DNA from: Euryarchaeota archaeon UBA58
GTDB taxonomy: Archaea; Thermoplasmatota; Poseidoniia; Poseidoniales; Thalassarchaeaceae
DNA length: 64,000 nucleotides
Assembly (NCBI GenBank): GCA_002498525.1
Contig: DAHR01000008.1
Location: 3,089 to 67,088 of the forward strand
Direction of reading: 5' to 3'
Below are positions 28,494 to 38,660 of the stretch, in pieces; within the stretch, counting starts at the first letter, position 1, and each line of letters opens with the position of its first letter. The translations under genes and the position numbers were made by a program. The notes beneath the pieces were generated by a model. The model searched no databases. It was given only the letters and a program-made list of their open reading frames with translations, and was not told where the DNA came from.

Positions 28494-30041
28494 TCACAGG
28501 CTTTCGCGGAGTTTTCGGGCGCGCTCTTCGAGCGGCGCACCGACCTCTCTGAGTAGTCTCGAGCGAAGCGCTTCGTGCAACCACATTCCATCTTCGAGTT
28601 CGAGCATCAAGCCTCGGGTCAACAGGTCTTCTGGTGGAGCGCCGTCGTAATTGGCGGCTTTGGCCAATTTTTCCCATGGAACTGGCCGATCCGCGACGGC
28701 GAGAAGTGCTAGTAATTCGTGCCGGTCCTCGGGCAGCACATCGAGGATCTCCTCGTCCAAGAAGCGCAGCCAATCGTCGTGCAGTGTCTTGCCGTAGAGT
28801 TCGAGGAGTTCAACCGCCAAGGGGTGACCTCCAGTGGCGCGGTGAATCTCCTCGGCAGGAGCTTCTGATGGCAGTTGGATGGTCGAGAGCCACTCGGCCA
28901 CCTCCTCGAGCGATAGCCCTGTGAGGCTCAATTCCACTACCCGCCCGCGTGTGTGAACGTCTCTGCGGTCATAGAATGCGAGGTTTGTGCGAGAAACCAG
29001 CAGGAGGCGGAGCGAGGTTGCTTCGGCGACCTGAAGAAGTGCCCCGAAGAGGTGATTTCCTTCGGTGCCGATATTGTGCACGTCATCGAGGATGACGAGA
29101 TTCGATTCCTCCGCTTCGCCGCAATGTCCCTCCTCATCGAGCAGGTGTGCGATCAGGCGACGGCGGTAGAGGTCGATGTCGAGGCGCGCACCGGGCTTCA
29201 GCGGCAGGGCCTCGAGAACATTGTATGGGTCATCGCCATCAGTATCAGAACTGATGCCAAGGCGATGCAGCAGACTGGTTGCGATGCCCAGAGGACTATC
29301 CCAAGGTTGGCATGGATAATACATCACTGCGAGGTTGGGGGAGGAATCCAGATTATGGTCGAGCCAGTGACTCACAAGGGTTGTTTTGCCACAACCCGCG
29401 ATGCCCGAAACCACTGCCATCGCTGCCCTTCCAGCAAACCACTCATCGAGGATTTCGACCTCATTCTCGCGCCCATGAACGGTGCGTGTCTCAGGCGGGC
29501 GCGTGTGATAGGTCGAATGAGCCCCAGCGAGCAATTTCAGCGAGCCGGGCTTCGACTTCTCCTCCACCTCGCTGCGAACGATCGCCCCGAAACGGATGTC
29601 CCCAAAATTCAGCACAGCCTCGTGTTGAGCATGCATCAGCACCTGTAGCAGAGTCAGACCAGTCTCTAATTGCTCACCAGCAGAATCGGCGCGAACCTCG
29701 AGCAATTCTCCATCTCGCGCGCGAAGCAGAACCTTGGTTTCGCGTAAAGCCTGTAATCGCCGGCCGATCTCCTCGCGACCATCATCGGTCAATTGCCAGG
29801 TCTTCTGCCGACGCTCCTCGCCACGAACCACCCGAGTGTGTTCACTGACCAATCCGTTCAATGCGAAATCGCGCATCGTGCGAGAAACATTGGGAGGATG
29901 CAGAGCACAGATTTCAGCAATACCGGGTCGAGTCACCTCGCGACTCACCAGATAGTGATCCGCCTGGTGGTCCTGCTCCCACAGATGCAACAAGATTCGG
30001 TCTGCAACGGCGATGCTGACCTTGGTCGAGGGAGCAGCCAT
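28494..30041 (-). CDS. wHTH-NB-ARC (STAND/AP-ATPase class) NTPase, putative regulator
   Basis: N-terminal MarR-like winged helix (ITRPGIAEICALHPPNVSRTMRDFALNGLVSE). Walker A GIAGCGKTTLV, Walker B LVILDDVHN, LLLVSRTN, GLPL-type motif TGGHPLAVELL, terminal winged-helix (LLALLAVADRPVPWEKL). Start at ATG 30041, preceded by GGAGGAG. Confidence 0.7.
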   Translation of the reverse strand: MAAPSTKVSIAVADRILLHLWEQDHQADHYLVSREVTRPGIAEICALHPPNVSRTMRDFALNGLVSEHTRVVRGEERRQKTWQLTDDGREEIGRRLQALRETKVLLRARDGELLEVRADSAGEQLETGLTLLQVLMHAQHEAVLNFGDIRFGAIVRSEVEEKSKPGSLKLLAGAHSTYHTRPPETRTVHGRENEVEILDEWFAGRAAMAVVSGIAGCGKTTLVSHWLDHNLDSSPNLAVMYYPCQPWDSPLGIATSLLHRLGISSDTDGDDPYNVLEALPLKPGARLDIDLYRRRLIAHLLDEEGHCGEAEESNLVILDDVHNIGTEGNHLFGALLQVAEATSLRLLLVSRTNLAFYDRRDVHTRGRVVELSLTGLSLEEVAEWLSTIQLPSEAPAEEIHRATGGHPLAVELLELYGKTLHDDWLRFLDEEILDVLPEDRHELLALLAVADRPVPWEKLAKAANYDGAPPEDLLTRGLMLELEDGMWLHEALRSRLLREVGAPLEERARKLRESL

Positions 30042-30045
30042 TCGC

Positions 30046-31854
30046 TCACTCCTCCGTCGCGCACTGTGGATATGGGTCGGCATTCATCGGAGGCATGAAC
30101 AGATCTTCGCAAGTCCTCTCAACCAATGAGAGGCTAAGCACACTGCTCGCCCCAAGCCCCACTGTCACCGACTGCATAGAGACCGGACTGGGAATGTAAT
30201 CCTCACCGGTTTGAGTGATGATCAGATGAATCCCATCGCCAGCAGGAATCAGCACATCCATCCCGAAGAACTCCATCTTGGCATTGACAGTCTCACCCGG
30301 TGCCAACACCTCACCCTCTTTGCCACCAGCGTGGAATCGCAGGTCCATCACCGCATGACCGAGATGCATTCCAGTGCTCGCTTGAACCATCTCGACAAAC
30401 AGATGTCCACTGGTCGAAAAGGCAGACACAGTCGCATCGACGTGGAAGGTCGGATTGCCAACAATCCTCGTCTCCCCCTCGAAGAAAGGACACTCGATGC
30501 GCAATTCCGAACTCACAGTGATAGTCTCACCACCCCCGATGATGGAACACTCATCCATTCCGAATCGAAGCCAATTCTGATCATCCGGTGGATAGGTGGC
30601 TTCGACCCGCCAGCCGCCCATGTTATCCTGAATCTCAGCGATCAAGCGCGGCTGCGGACCCTCCTCTTTCAGATAGAAATCGAACCATTCCAGCAGATCA
30701 TCAGCCCAATCCCAGCGCAAAGTGAATGGGAATGCTTCGCCCCCACGACCGCTGCTGAGACCCTGATGACCACTCAAACGGTCGGGGTAATCATGCCCCC
30801 ATTGACCATACAATCCCTTGACATCGAGACCGTTTCGTTGGAGAATCTGATGGGTTGGGAAGGCCATGTGAGGGTCGACGTTCCAGTCCTGCATGCCGTG
30901 AATGATGTAGACAGAGCCGTGGTAATTCTGCAGAGTTCGGGCCAGAAAACTGCGCTCCTCCCAGTAATCGGAGCCAATCCAAGCCAGATTATCGCCGGTC
31001 AGATATGCACCAACACCCGCGTAGTACCCCTCCAGATAACCCTCACACGCGTTCTGCGGATCCTCAGAATCGCCGTCTAGGCCGAAGCTGCCGTAGACGC
31101 CGTTGTGCATTATGGCGCCGCGTGCTTCCATGCTGCCGTTGCGCCACATCAGGTCGTGGACTCCGATCAGTCCCGACATCGGCACGATGGTCTTGAGATA
31201 CTCTGAGCCCATCGCTGCCGCCTCCCAAGGTGTAGAGCCGTCGTATGATTTTCCGATGATGCCGACGGCTCCATTGGAGAATTGGGCCGAGCCGAGGAAT
31301 TCGATCGCAGCGTGGATTCCTTCCTGCTCGTCGAGGCCCATCAAGTCCATGCAGTGGTTCGACTCACCGGTACCGAAAACGCTGACTTGGGCGATGCCGT
31401 AGCCGTGTGGAACATAATTCTCGATGAGGAAGCGCCCAAGGCGGTTCGCTGGTGTCAGGGCATCGACATCACCGTCGCCGTAGTAAGGGCCGATTTCGGC
31501 GATGATTGGAACTCTGCATTCTTCTGCGACTTCGCCGGCGTCGAAATCACAGCCTTCAATCAACGGCAGCCAGAGTCCGAGATGCACTTCTGCGTCACCC
31601 GTGGCGCCCGCTCCGCCGTCGGTCAGAGTGATTGCAGGGACTGAGATGTAGAGCGAGCGCACCTCATCGATTCCGTATGAGCCATTGATTGAGACTCGAC
31701 TGAAGATGTCGTCGGCCCGGTAGGTCAGATCCGAGCGCTCTTCGACCGGTCGAAGCCAATGCTCGGATTCGTCGGGACCCCCGCTCAGTGCCCCACTTCC
31801 GAAGCAGCCGGCAAGTGTGGGGGCGAGGAAGAGCAGCACCAGAAGGGCGCTCAT
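30046..31854 (-). CDS. S15-family Xaa-Pro dipeptidyl-peptidase / CocE-NonD hydrolase, lipoprotein-type signal
   Basis: Signal with lipobox [14 protein letters not shown]. Nucleophile elbow [13 protein letters not shown]-terminal beta-sandwich. Start at ATG 31854. Confidence 0.7.
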   Translation of the reverse strand: MSALLVLLFLAPTLAGCFGSGALSGGPDESEHWLRPVEERSDLTYRADDIFSRVSINGSYGIDEVRSLYISVPAITLTDGGAGATGDAEVHLGLWLPLIEGCDFDAGEVAEECRVPIIAEIGPYYGDGDVDALTPANRLGRFLIENYVPHGYGIAQVSVFGTGESNHCMDLMGLDEQEGIHAAIEFLGSAQFSNGAVGIIGKSYDGSTPWEAAAMGSEYLKTIVPMSGLIGVHDLMWRNGSMEARGAIMHNGVYGSFGLDGDSEDPQNACEGYLEGYYAGVGAYLTGDNLAWIGSDYWEERSFLARTLQNYHGSVYIIHGMQDWNVDPHMAFPTHQILQRNGLDVKGLYGQWGHDYPDRLSGHQGLSSGRGGEAFPFTLRWDWADDLLEWFDFYLKEEGPQPRLIAEIQDNMGGWRVEATYPPDDQNWLRFGMDECSIIGGGETITVSSELRIECPFFEGETRIVGNPTFHVDATVSAFSTSGHLFVEMVQASTGMHLGHAVMDLRFHAGGKEGEVLAPGETVNAKMEFFGMDVLIPAGDGIHLIITQTGEDYIPSPVSMQSVTVGLGASSVLSLSLVERTCEDLFMPPMNADPYPQCATEE

Positions 31855-31952
31855 GTGGCGGTTGTTCACGCGCTTTGCGCGTGCTGAATCACACATGATG
31901 CTTCTCACTCAGAGTATCAGGGCTAGGAGTCGATTCGCTTGTTCAGGGCGAG

Positions 31953-32711
31953 TCACAACCGTTTGAAGAAATCTAGCAGGATTCGGTTGAATTCCTCCGG
32001 TTGCTGCACAGGTGCAGCGTGCCGCGCGCCCTCAATGACCTCAATCTGAACGCCAGCAATCTCAGCCAAGAGCGGCTCGGTGACGAGCGAGGGTGAGTAA
32101 GCTTCTGTACCGGTTATCACCAGAGTCGGAATAGAAATCTCGTCCAAGCGGGCAAGAACCGACCAGCCGATCAGAGCCTTAGTGGCTGCCGTGTAGGCGC
32201 GCTTGTCGTTCTTCGCCCAAGCCTCTGCCATGCGTTCTCGTAACTCAATTTCATCATCTTCGGGAAACACTTTGCCAGCGATGAAGGCGCCCATCCGCTT
32301 CATCCCGAGAATCCTCAAGATTGCCATACGCAACCACAGGCCTCGCCGTTGCTCGAATGTTCTGATGGTGACTTCAGGTGCTGAATTGACCACAGTCAAA
32401 CTGCGCACCTGTTCGGGATGGTCGAGCGCCAATTGCAGACCGATCATCCCACCAAGAGAAATCCCAACGACATGCATCGGGCCGCGACCGAGCGCCGAAA
32501 TCAACTCGGAGACGTCTTCGGTGAGCATCTCCATCGAGTATGGTCCAGCGGCTTTGGCTGAGTCGCCGTGTCCGCGCAAGTCGCAGCAGATGACCTCGTG
32601 GTCCGCCGAAAAATCATCCATCTGCAAATACCAATCAGCAATGCTCGAGCCAAGCCCATGAATCAGCAGAACCGGCGTGCCGGAACCGACCGAAGTGTGA
32701 TTGAGTTCCAC
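31953..32711 (-). CDS. Alpha/beta hydrolase
   Basis: VLLIHGLGSS oxyanion motif, nucleophile elbow VVGISLGG, C-terminal His (GARHAAP). Confidence 0.8.
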   Translation of the reverse strand: MELNHTSVGSGTPVLLIHGLGSSIADWYLQMDDFSADHEVICCDLRGHGDSAKAAGPYSMEMLTEDVSELISALGRGPMHVVGISLGGMIGLQLALDHPEQVRSLTVVNSAPEVTIRTFEQRRGLWLRMAILRILGMKRMGAFIAGKVFPEDDEIELRERMAEAWAKNDKRAYTAATKALIGWSVLARLDEISIPTLVITGTEAYSPSLVTEPLLAEIAGVQIEVIEGARHAAPVQQPEEFNRILLDFFKRL

Positions 32712-34441
32712 GTTTGGACTGCGGGAGATGAGCAGAAAAGGCTTCGTTCTGAGTCAGTCACTGCGAATCCATCACTGGCGAATGTTGAATCGACGGCTCC
32801 GTCGATTGCGAAGTCCGATTCGACATCGAAAATCCCTGAGATATTCACACTGACGAATTTGATGTAGCGCTGTTCCTCCTCATCCTCGAAAGGATGCAAT
32901 CCGATATTCTGCTGGTAGGCAATGCCGAGACGGCTGCCATCAGCACTGATCACCGTCTCGAAGAAATCGTGCAGAGCATGGGTATCACCATTCGATTCCT
33001 CGTAGGAGGTGACGGTGTGGAGCGGAGCAGGGTCAGCAATCGAGAAGTCCCAGGAATCGTTGGCCTGTGGTGCCAGCAATGCGCCCGCGTAGAGGAACCA
33101 TTCCTTGCCCGCAGTATAGCCATCTTCGCTGCCATTCTGGTCAAAATCAAGACCGTAAAACGCAACTGAAATCACATCATTATCTGAAATCGAGACGAAG
33201 GGATACATGTTCATTCCGCGCTCGAAGGGCGTGATCTCCCACTCCGACCAATTGATGCCACGGTCGTAAGAAAGCGCGATTCTCATGTCCCAAGGGCCGG
33301 TTCCACCATCTGGACAATCGGCCCAAATCACCGCCACCGTGCCGACTTCGTTGGTTTCGATGACGGGGTAGCCTTCCGGACAGTTTCCGTTACGAGGCCC
33401 GACGCTGACCGGCTCTTGCCAAGTGCCGTCCGAAGGGCTCGGTCCCGTGCCGCGACCGTAATCATCGCTGATTCGCACTATGACATTGCCACTGCCGCCG
33501 TCCGAACTCTCCTGGGCGACGTAGACGTAGGTTCCGTCTGCTTCGGCGGCGATCGTCGACCAACCGCCAGGCATCGCGTAACATTGGCTGAAGGAGTCGC
33601 CGCCGTTCTCAGAGTGATAATACCAGTAACGTCCGACATCGCCACTGCATTCGGGTGGGCTGGCGCCCGAGTTGCCAAGGTAGTGGATGATGCCATCACC
33701 CTGAGCTGCGACCCAAGGTCTGTCGTCCGCGGCCATTGTGTTCATCCGGTCGCAGATTCCGCCCTCGTAGGTATTGCCACCGTCGAGGAATTTGTGCCAC
33801 CAATTGTCTTCTAATGTCGTGTCAAGATAGTAGACAACATCCTCGCCGTCGACGGCGATATCACCCTCATCACCCAGACATTCCGAGCCGCCGGCGAGAT
33901 AATTCGCCATCAGATGATTTCCGGGAGTCGGTTCGAAATTGTCACCAGCCCCCCAGGTCAGCCCACCGTCGTTGGACTTCCACAACCAACTCGCCCAGTA
34001 ATCCCAAGTTGTCTCTTCGCCCTCCTCGCAGGCGTACCAGAAATCGAATGGCCCCCCAAGGATTGGCCCGAGCGGAGTCCCCGTGCCACCCCAACGCAGG
34101 TCCTTATGAGCCGTGATGAAGAGGTTGCCCGCACTATCCATCGCGAGACTCGGCTCGTAACCGATTGCAAACTCTGGCGAGTCTTGTCCGTTGCCCTCGT
34201 CGATGCACTCTTCGGCGCGCGGCATGAATACGGCTTCGTTGAATGAGAGGTCGAGCACATTGCTCGAAGAGCTCGACTCGTCGAATACGAGACTCGCACC
34301 TAGAGAAAACAGCGTCGCTACGACGACGATTGCCGCAACCCCGATCGCCAAAGTCCCAGGAATAACCAATCGATGATCGAATCCACGCTCCTCGATCTCG
34401 TCGACGAGATTATCCCAAACATCCTCTATCGCTTCGCGCAT
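32663..34441 (-). CDS. Membrane-anchored extracellular BNR/sialidase-like beta-propeller protein
   Basis: N-terminal TM helix (LAIGVAAIVVVATLFSLGASLVF). BNR-type Asp-box repeats (KSNDGGLTWG, SENGGDSF, LSYDRGINWS). Confidence 0.6.
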   Translation of the reverse strand: MREAIEDVWDNLVDEIEERGFDHRLVIPGTLAIGVAAIVVVATLFSLGASLVFDESSSSSNVLDLSFNEAVFMPRAEECIDEGNGQDSPEFAIGYEPSLAMDSAGNLFITAHKDLRWGGTGTPLGPILGGPFDFWYACEEGEETTWDYWASWLWKSNDGGLTWGAGDNFEPTPGNHLMANYLAGGSECLGDEGDIAVDGEDVVYYLDTTLEDNWWHKFLDGGNTYEGGICDRMNTMAADDRPWVAAQGDGIIHYLGNSGASPPECSGDVGRYWYYHSENGGDSFSQCYAMPGGWSTIAAEADGTYVYVAQESSDGGSGNVIVRISDDYGRGTGPSPSDGTWQEPVSVGPRNGNCPEGYPVIETNEVGTVAVIWADCPDGGTGPWDMRIALSYDRGINWSEWEITPFERGMNMYPFVSISDNDVISVAFYGLDFDQNGSEDGYTAGKEWFLYAGALLAPQANDSWDFSIADPAPLHTVTSYEESNGDTHALHDFFETVISADGSRLGIAYQQNIGLHPFEDEEEQRYIKFVSVNISGIFDVESDFAIDGAVDSTFASDGFAVTDSERSLFCSSPAVQTWNSITLRSVPARRFC

Positions 34442-34517
34442 CGACCCTGTCTGGCAGGGGCCTGTTGAAAGGGATTCGCAGATGAGTTGATGAGCGCCGG
34501 CTTAGGGATTGCCCTTG

Positions 34518-35399
34518 ATGGATGAGCCGACGCTGAAACGGTTGCTGAGGATTCAGCGCATGGAGGCCACCGAAGCGGCCGTCTATCGCAAGTTGGCGAG
34601 TCGTCAGAAAGACAAGACGAATCGAGATATTCTCGAGCGAATCGCGAAGGACGAGAAGCGACATGAGTCGATTATCGCCGAGCGCACAGGCCGCGATGTG
34701 CGACCCTTCGCGCTAATCGTCTTCTGGCAGATTATGTTGGCACGCTTCTTCGGAGTGACTTTCACGGTCAAGATGATGGAAAATGGCGAGAAGCGAATGG
34801 CGTCGGAGTACCGCGAATTGGGTCTCGATGAGATCGCTGAGGAGGAGGAGGCTCACGAAGCTGAATTGATTGAACTTCTCGAGGAGGAGGGACTGAAGTA
34901 TCTGGGCAGCATCATCTTGGGACTCTCTGACGCTCTCGTCGAACTCACAGGCGCACTCGCCGGACTCACTTTCGCATTCCAATCGCTCAACCTCGTGGCC
35001 CTTGCGGGCCTCGTGACCGGAATCGCAGCCTCGTTCAGCATGGCCGCGTCAGAATATCTCGCAACCAAGGAAGAGGCTGATGGACGCTCTCCCATCAAGG
35101 CCGCTGGCTTCACTGGAATCGCTTACATCTCCACAGTTTTCCTTCTAGTGATGCCATACTTGATGCTGCAGGATACTGACCCCTTTCGCTACGGTTTTGC
35201 TCCACATGAACAGGCTCTCGGACTGACCCTCGCAATTGGCCTCGCCATCGTTGCTGCGTTCAACGGCTATGTCGCCGTTGCTCGGGATCAGTCGTTTGGT
35301 CGACGATTTGCTGAAATGGCTGGGATTCTGGTCGTCGTCAGCGCGATTTCATTCGCAATCGGCATCGCGCTGCGTGGTTGGCTTGGAGTCGAAGTCTGA
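34518..35399 (+). CDS. VIT1/CCC1 family iron/manganese transporter with N-terminal ferritin-like domain
   Basis: Ferritin-like ExxH pairs (AKDEKRHESII, EEEAHEAELIELL). VIT signature GSIILGLSDALVELTGALAG. Five TM helices. Confidence 0.8.
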   Translation: MDEPTLKRLLRIQRMEATEAAVYRKLASRQKDKTNRDILERIAKDEKRHESIIAERTGRDVRPFALIVFWQIMLARFFGVTFTVKMMENGEKRMASEYRELGLDEIAEEEEAHEAELIELLEEEGLKYLGSIILGLSDALVELTGALAGLTFAFQSLNLVALAGLVTGIAASFSMAASEYLATKEEADGRSPIKAAGFTGIAYISTVFLLVMPYLMLQDTDPFRYGFAPHEQALGLTLAIGLAIVAAFNGYVAVARDQSFGRRFAEMAGILVVVSAISFAIGIALRGWLGVEV

Positions 35400-35459
35400 G
35401 TCGACTGAAGAGCCCTCCGAAACGAAGGGGTTGATGAGGCAGGGGGCCTGGGTCTGCCC

Positions 35460-36962
35460 ATGGATGCTTACGATGAACTGATGGCGCGACTGAAAGACAT
35501 CGATTTGATTTCACAGGTCGGTGGCCTCGTCGGCTGGGATCAGGAAGTGATGATGCCACCGAAAGCCGCTGGACTGCGCGCAGAACAACTCTCGTGGATT
35601 TCGAGAACCGGCCACGAAATGATCACAGATTCGCGCATCGGTGAGTTGCTCAGCGATTTGGAGTCGCGAGACGACCTCGATGAAATACAGGCAGGAAACC
35701 TCCGCCTCGCGCGCGAGAGTTATGACAAGGCGACTAAACTGCCAACAGAATTCGTCGGCGAGTTAGCCAAGCACCAATCGAAATCACAGGTCTCCTGGAC
35801 CGAGGCGCGCGCGGCTGACGATTTCTCGATCTTCCGCGACGACCTCGCCAAGATGATCGACATGTGCCGGCAGAAGGCCGACTATCTGGGCTACGAGGAT
35901 CTGCGCTACGACGCCCTGCTCGACCTCTACGAATCGGGCCTCACGGTGGCCCGAGTCGACCCACTTTTCGCTGGACTGCGAGAGAATGTCGCACCGCTCG
36001 TCAAGGCCGTAGTAGAACGCGGTGAGCGCCCCGACATGGCATTCGTAGATGACAACAAATGGGGTCAAACAGGCCAGGAAGCCCTCAGCCAAGCGGTATC
36101 CGAAGCCATTGGCTTCGACTTCAAAGCAGGCCGCCGTGACGCTTCTACCCACCCATTCTGCGGCGGCTCGAACCCAGACGACGTCAGATGGACGACCCGC
36201 TACAGCGAGACCGACCCCTTCGGCTCGCTGTACGGCTCGATGCACGAAACCGGTCACGGACTGTACGAGCAAGGCCGGCCGAGAAACCTCGACTTTCAGC
36301 CGGCCGGCCAAGCGAATGGACTCGGCGTCCACGAGAGCCAGAGCAGGCTGTGGGAGAATCAGGTCGGTCGCAGCCGAGAGTTCTGCGAGTGGGTTTTGCC
36401 GTTGTGGCAGGAGCATTTTCCAGATTTCATGGAGGGAGTGTCTGCCGATGACCTCTGGCGAGCTGTCAATCTCGTCGAGCCGAGCATGATACGCGTCGAG
36501 GCTGACGAGGCGACTTACAACCTTCACATCATGATTCGATACGAGATTGAAAAACGACTCATCGCGGGCGAGATCGAAGTCGATGATCTACCCGATGCGT
36601 GGGATGACATGTACGAAGAATTCCTCGGAATCAGGCCACCGAACCGCACTTTGGGGGTCTTGCAGGACATTCATTGGTCCTTCGGCGCCTTTGGTTACTT
36701 CCCCACTTACACTCTGGGCAATCTGTATTCGGCGCAGCTGCTGGAGGCTGCTCGCAAGGTGCTTCCAGACCATGATGAGCAGATGCGCCGGGGCGAATTC
36801 GGACCGCTTTTGGCTTGGATGCGCGAGCACGTGCACGCGCGTGGGAGCATTCTCGAGCCGGCCGCGCTGATCGAAGAAGCGACCGGCTCGCCGCCCTCTC
36901 CAGATGCATTCGTCACCTACCTGCGCGACAAGGTCGAACGCCTCTACAATGTGACCGCTTGA
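35460..36962 (+). CDS. Carboxypeptidase Taq (M32) metallopeptidase
   Basis: HPFCGG, zinc motif HETGHGLYEQG, IRVEADEATYNLHIMIRYEIE, DIHWSFGAFGYFPTYTLGN. Confidence 0.9.
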   Translation: MDAYDELMARLKDIDLISQVGGLVGWDQEVMMPPKAAGLRAEQLSWISRTGHEMITDSRIGELLSDLESRDDLDEIQAGNLRLARESYDKATKLPTEFVGELAKHQSKSQVSWTEARAADDFSIFRDDLAKMIDMCRQKADYLGYEDLRYDALLDLYESGLTVARVDPLFAGLRENVAPLVKAVVERGERPDMAFVDDNKWGQTGQEALSQAVSEAIGFDFKAGRRDASTHPFCGGSNPDDVRWTTRYSETDPFGSLYGSMHETGHGLYEQGRPRNLDFQPAGQANGLGVHESQSRLWENQVGRSREFCEWVLPLWQEHFPDFMEGVSADDLWRAVNLVEPSMIRVEADEATYNLHIMIRYEIEKRLIAGEIEVDDLPDAWDDMYEEFLGIRPPNRTLGVLQDIHWSFGAFGYFPTYTLGNLYSAQLLEAARKVLPDHDEQMRRGEFGPLLAWMREHVHARGSILEPAALIEEATGSPPSPDAFVTYLRDKVERLYNVTA

Positions 36963-36973
36963 AAGGTCGATGA

Positions 36974-37085
36974 CACCACAGAGCACACTGAGTCACAGGT
37001 TTTGATTTCCAGGTAGTGAATCAACAGCTTCCTTCGCGGCCACTGCGCGAGGCTCTCCGTGTTCTCTGTGCCTCTGTGGTTGATT
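36974..37085 (+). repeat. Intergenic imperfect-palindrome element, copy B
   Basis: Left arm ACACCACAGAGCACACTGAGTCACAGG (36974-37000). Right arm CTCTCCGTGTTCTCTGTGCCTCTGTGGTTGATT (37053-37085). Nearly identical to the copy A right arm. The left arm matches the reverse complement of 58478-58509. Confidence 0.65.
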
Positions 37086-37124
37086 ACGCGGAAGTTCGAT
37101 AATCGAGGGTTCCGAGGGAGGGTC

Positions 37125-38180
37125 GTGTCAAAGCCTTCTCTGGAGAGCCTCGCCTCATTCATTCGCGACCTCGACAGCAAATGCACACTAGCTCGTTTGA
37201 GCGAGAATCACATCTTCGCCGGCTCGCACGGGGGAGAACTCTGCTGTTGGTATGCAGAATCAGGAGATCTGCGATGGCGCGCTGAAGTGAGCGGTCCGAT
37301 TTCTGATATCGCAATCGACGCCGGACGAATCTACGCCACCGCTTCCGCTTCGCTGCATGCCTTTGACGCTGAGTCAGGCCAGTTGTTGTGGAGTCGCGAA
37401 CTCGAAGGAGGGAGTGATTTCGTACAGGCTTGGAGTGGTGTGGTTTGGGCGTCTTCATCGGTTTACGAATTGGAAATCGATGACTTCATCGAGGCGACGA
37501 TCTGGCGCTTCGATGACTCTGGCGAGCAGCTTGAGCGATGGACTATCAACGAGCGCCCGTGGCATTTCGGATTGCACGAAGATGGGGGGGTTCTACTCGG
37601 GTTGGGTCGGCCTCGGTGTGGATTTCTGCGGATTCGGCCAGGCGAGAAGGCCGAACATTTCGAATTCGCCACAGACAGTCCGGTGACCTGCGGTGCTTGC
37701 GGTTCTGCGGGTCGTTTCCTGCTCGGTCATAGTGATGGAAGCATCAGTTCTGTCGGAACTGATGAGGAAATTGAGCAATATGTCGAATCCTTGGTCACGA
37801 CCATCGCCGGAACGGATTCAGGTTTCATCTCCGGCCATGAGGATGGCTCAATCTGGTTCGACGGTGGGGTGAGAAATGTCGATGGCACTGTAGATGCAAT
37901 TGCGGATCTGAGTGGTGATGGCTGGGCATCGAGTTGGGACGGCAGCGAATCCCGAGTCTCTCTGCTCGCTGCCGAGGCGAGAGAATTCTCACATGATGCG
38001 AGAATCCGACACATGGATTCTCACCAGAATCGACTCATATTCGGCGATGACCTCGGAAAAGTCATTCTACTCGAGTCAGCAGTCGTCAAACGCCGTCTGG
38101 AAGAGGATCTTTCCTCAGCACCGGAAAATGACCGGAATCAGGCGCTGAGAGAGCGTTTAAGGATGTTAAGAAACAGTTGA
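37125..38180 (+). CDS. PQQ-like / WD-like beta-propeller repeat protein
   Basis: Repeated blades with ...ESGDLRWRAEV..., ...ESGQLLWSREL... Start moved to GTG 37125, preceded by GGGAGGG. The track start at 37059 lies inside repeat copy B. Confidence 0.5.
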   Translation: MSKPSLESLASFIRDLDSKCTLARLSENHIFAGSHGGELCCWYAESGDLRWRAEVSGPISDIAIDAGRIYATASASLHAFDAESGQLLWSRELEGGSDFVQAWSGVVWASSSVYELEIDDFIEATIWRFDDSGEQLERWTINERPWHFGLHEDGGVLLGLGRPRCGFLRIRPGEKAEHFEFATDSPVTCGACGSAGRFLLGHSDGSISSVGTDEEIEQYVESLVTTIAGTDSGFISGHEDGSIWFDGGVRNVDGTVDAIADLSGDGWASSWDGSESRVSLLAAEAREFSHDARIRHMDSHQNRLIFGDDLGKVILLESAVVKRRLEEDLSSAPENDRNQALRERLRMLRNS

Positions 38181-38197
38181 TGCCCGGTTCGGAACGC

Positions 38198-38232
38198 ACT
38201 GGAAATTAACATCCACAACCCCTATTTCCAGT
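38198..38232. repeat. Inverted repeat ACTGGAAAT-N17-ATTTCCAGT (hairpin or paired protein-binding boxes)
   Basis: Arms are 38198-38206 and 38224-38232, perfect 9-bp complements. Begins 18 nt after the stop of the beta-propeller gene. The minus-strand copy is followed by AGGGG. Confidence 0.5.
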
Positions 38233-38361
38233 CCACAGTACCTCATTCAACGAAACATTTAAGCGCCTCCCCCGCACAGACCAAAGTTGCCGCTTCAGGG
38301 GAGTGGTGTGGGGCGCGCTTCGGCGCAAACCGCGGGCCACAGAACCGAACCCCAAACTTGG

Positions 38362-38400
38362 GGTGGTAGAACCGGAATCCGAAAGGAGGAAGGGGAACGA
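38362..38400 (+). repeat. Direct repeat unit R1 (GGTGG.AG.GAACCGGA..CG.AAGGA.GGGGA)
   Basis: GGTGGTAGAACCGGAATCCGAAAGGAGGAAGGGGAACGA. Aligns with R2 and R3. Confidence 0.55.
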
Positions 38401-38441
38401 TCGAACCTGTCTGAAGGGCAGGGGAGATACGGTCGAACTGA

Positions 38442-38480
38442 GGTGGAAGGAACCGGACGAAAGAAAGGGGAGAGAAGCAA
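38442..38480 (+). repeat. Direct repeat unit R2
   Basis: GGTGGAAGGAACCGGACGAAAGAAAGGGGAGAGAAGCAA. Aligns with R3 with two single-base indels and a few substitutions. Confidence 0.6.
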
Positions 38481-38620
38481 CGGGGAAAGCTGGGGAAAAC
38501 ACAACCGCACCGCTTCGGCGGGGAGAACGCAACCGTGCCAGCAGACCAGACCGGAGATGTATGTGTGAAGGGCGAGAACCAGAGATGGGACAGACCTGAG
38601 GCAGATTCGTGGGAAACGAA

Positions 38621-38660
38621 GGTGGAAGAGAACCGGACGCAAGGAAGGGGAAAGAGAAAC
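38621..38660 (+). repeat. Direct repeat unit R3
   Basis: GGTGGAAGAGAACCGGACGCAAGGAAGGGGAAAGAGAAAC. Confidence 0.6.
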
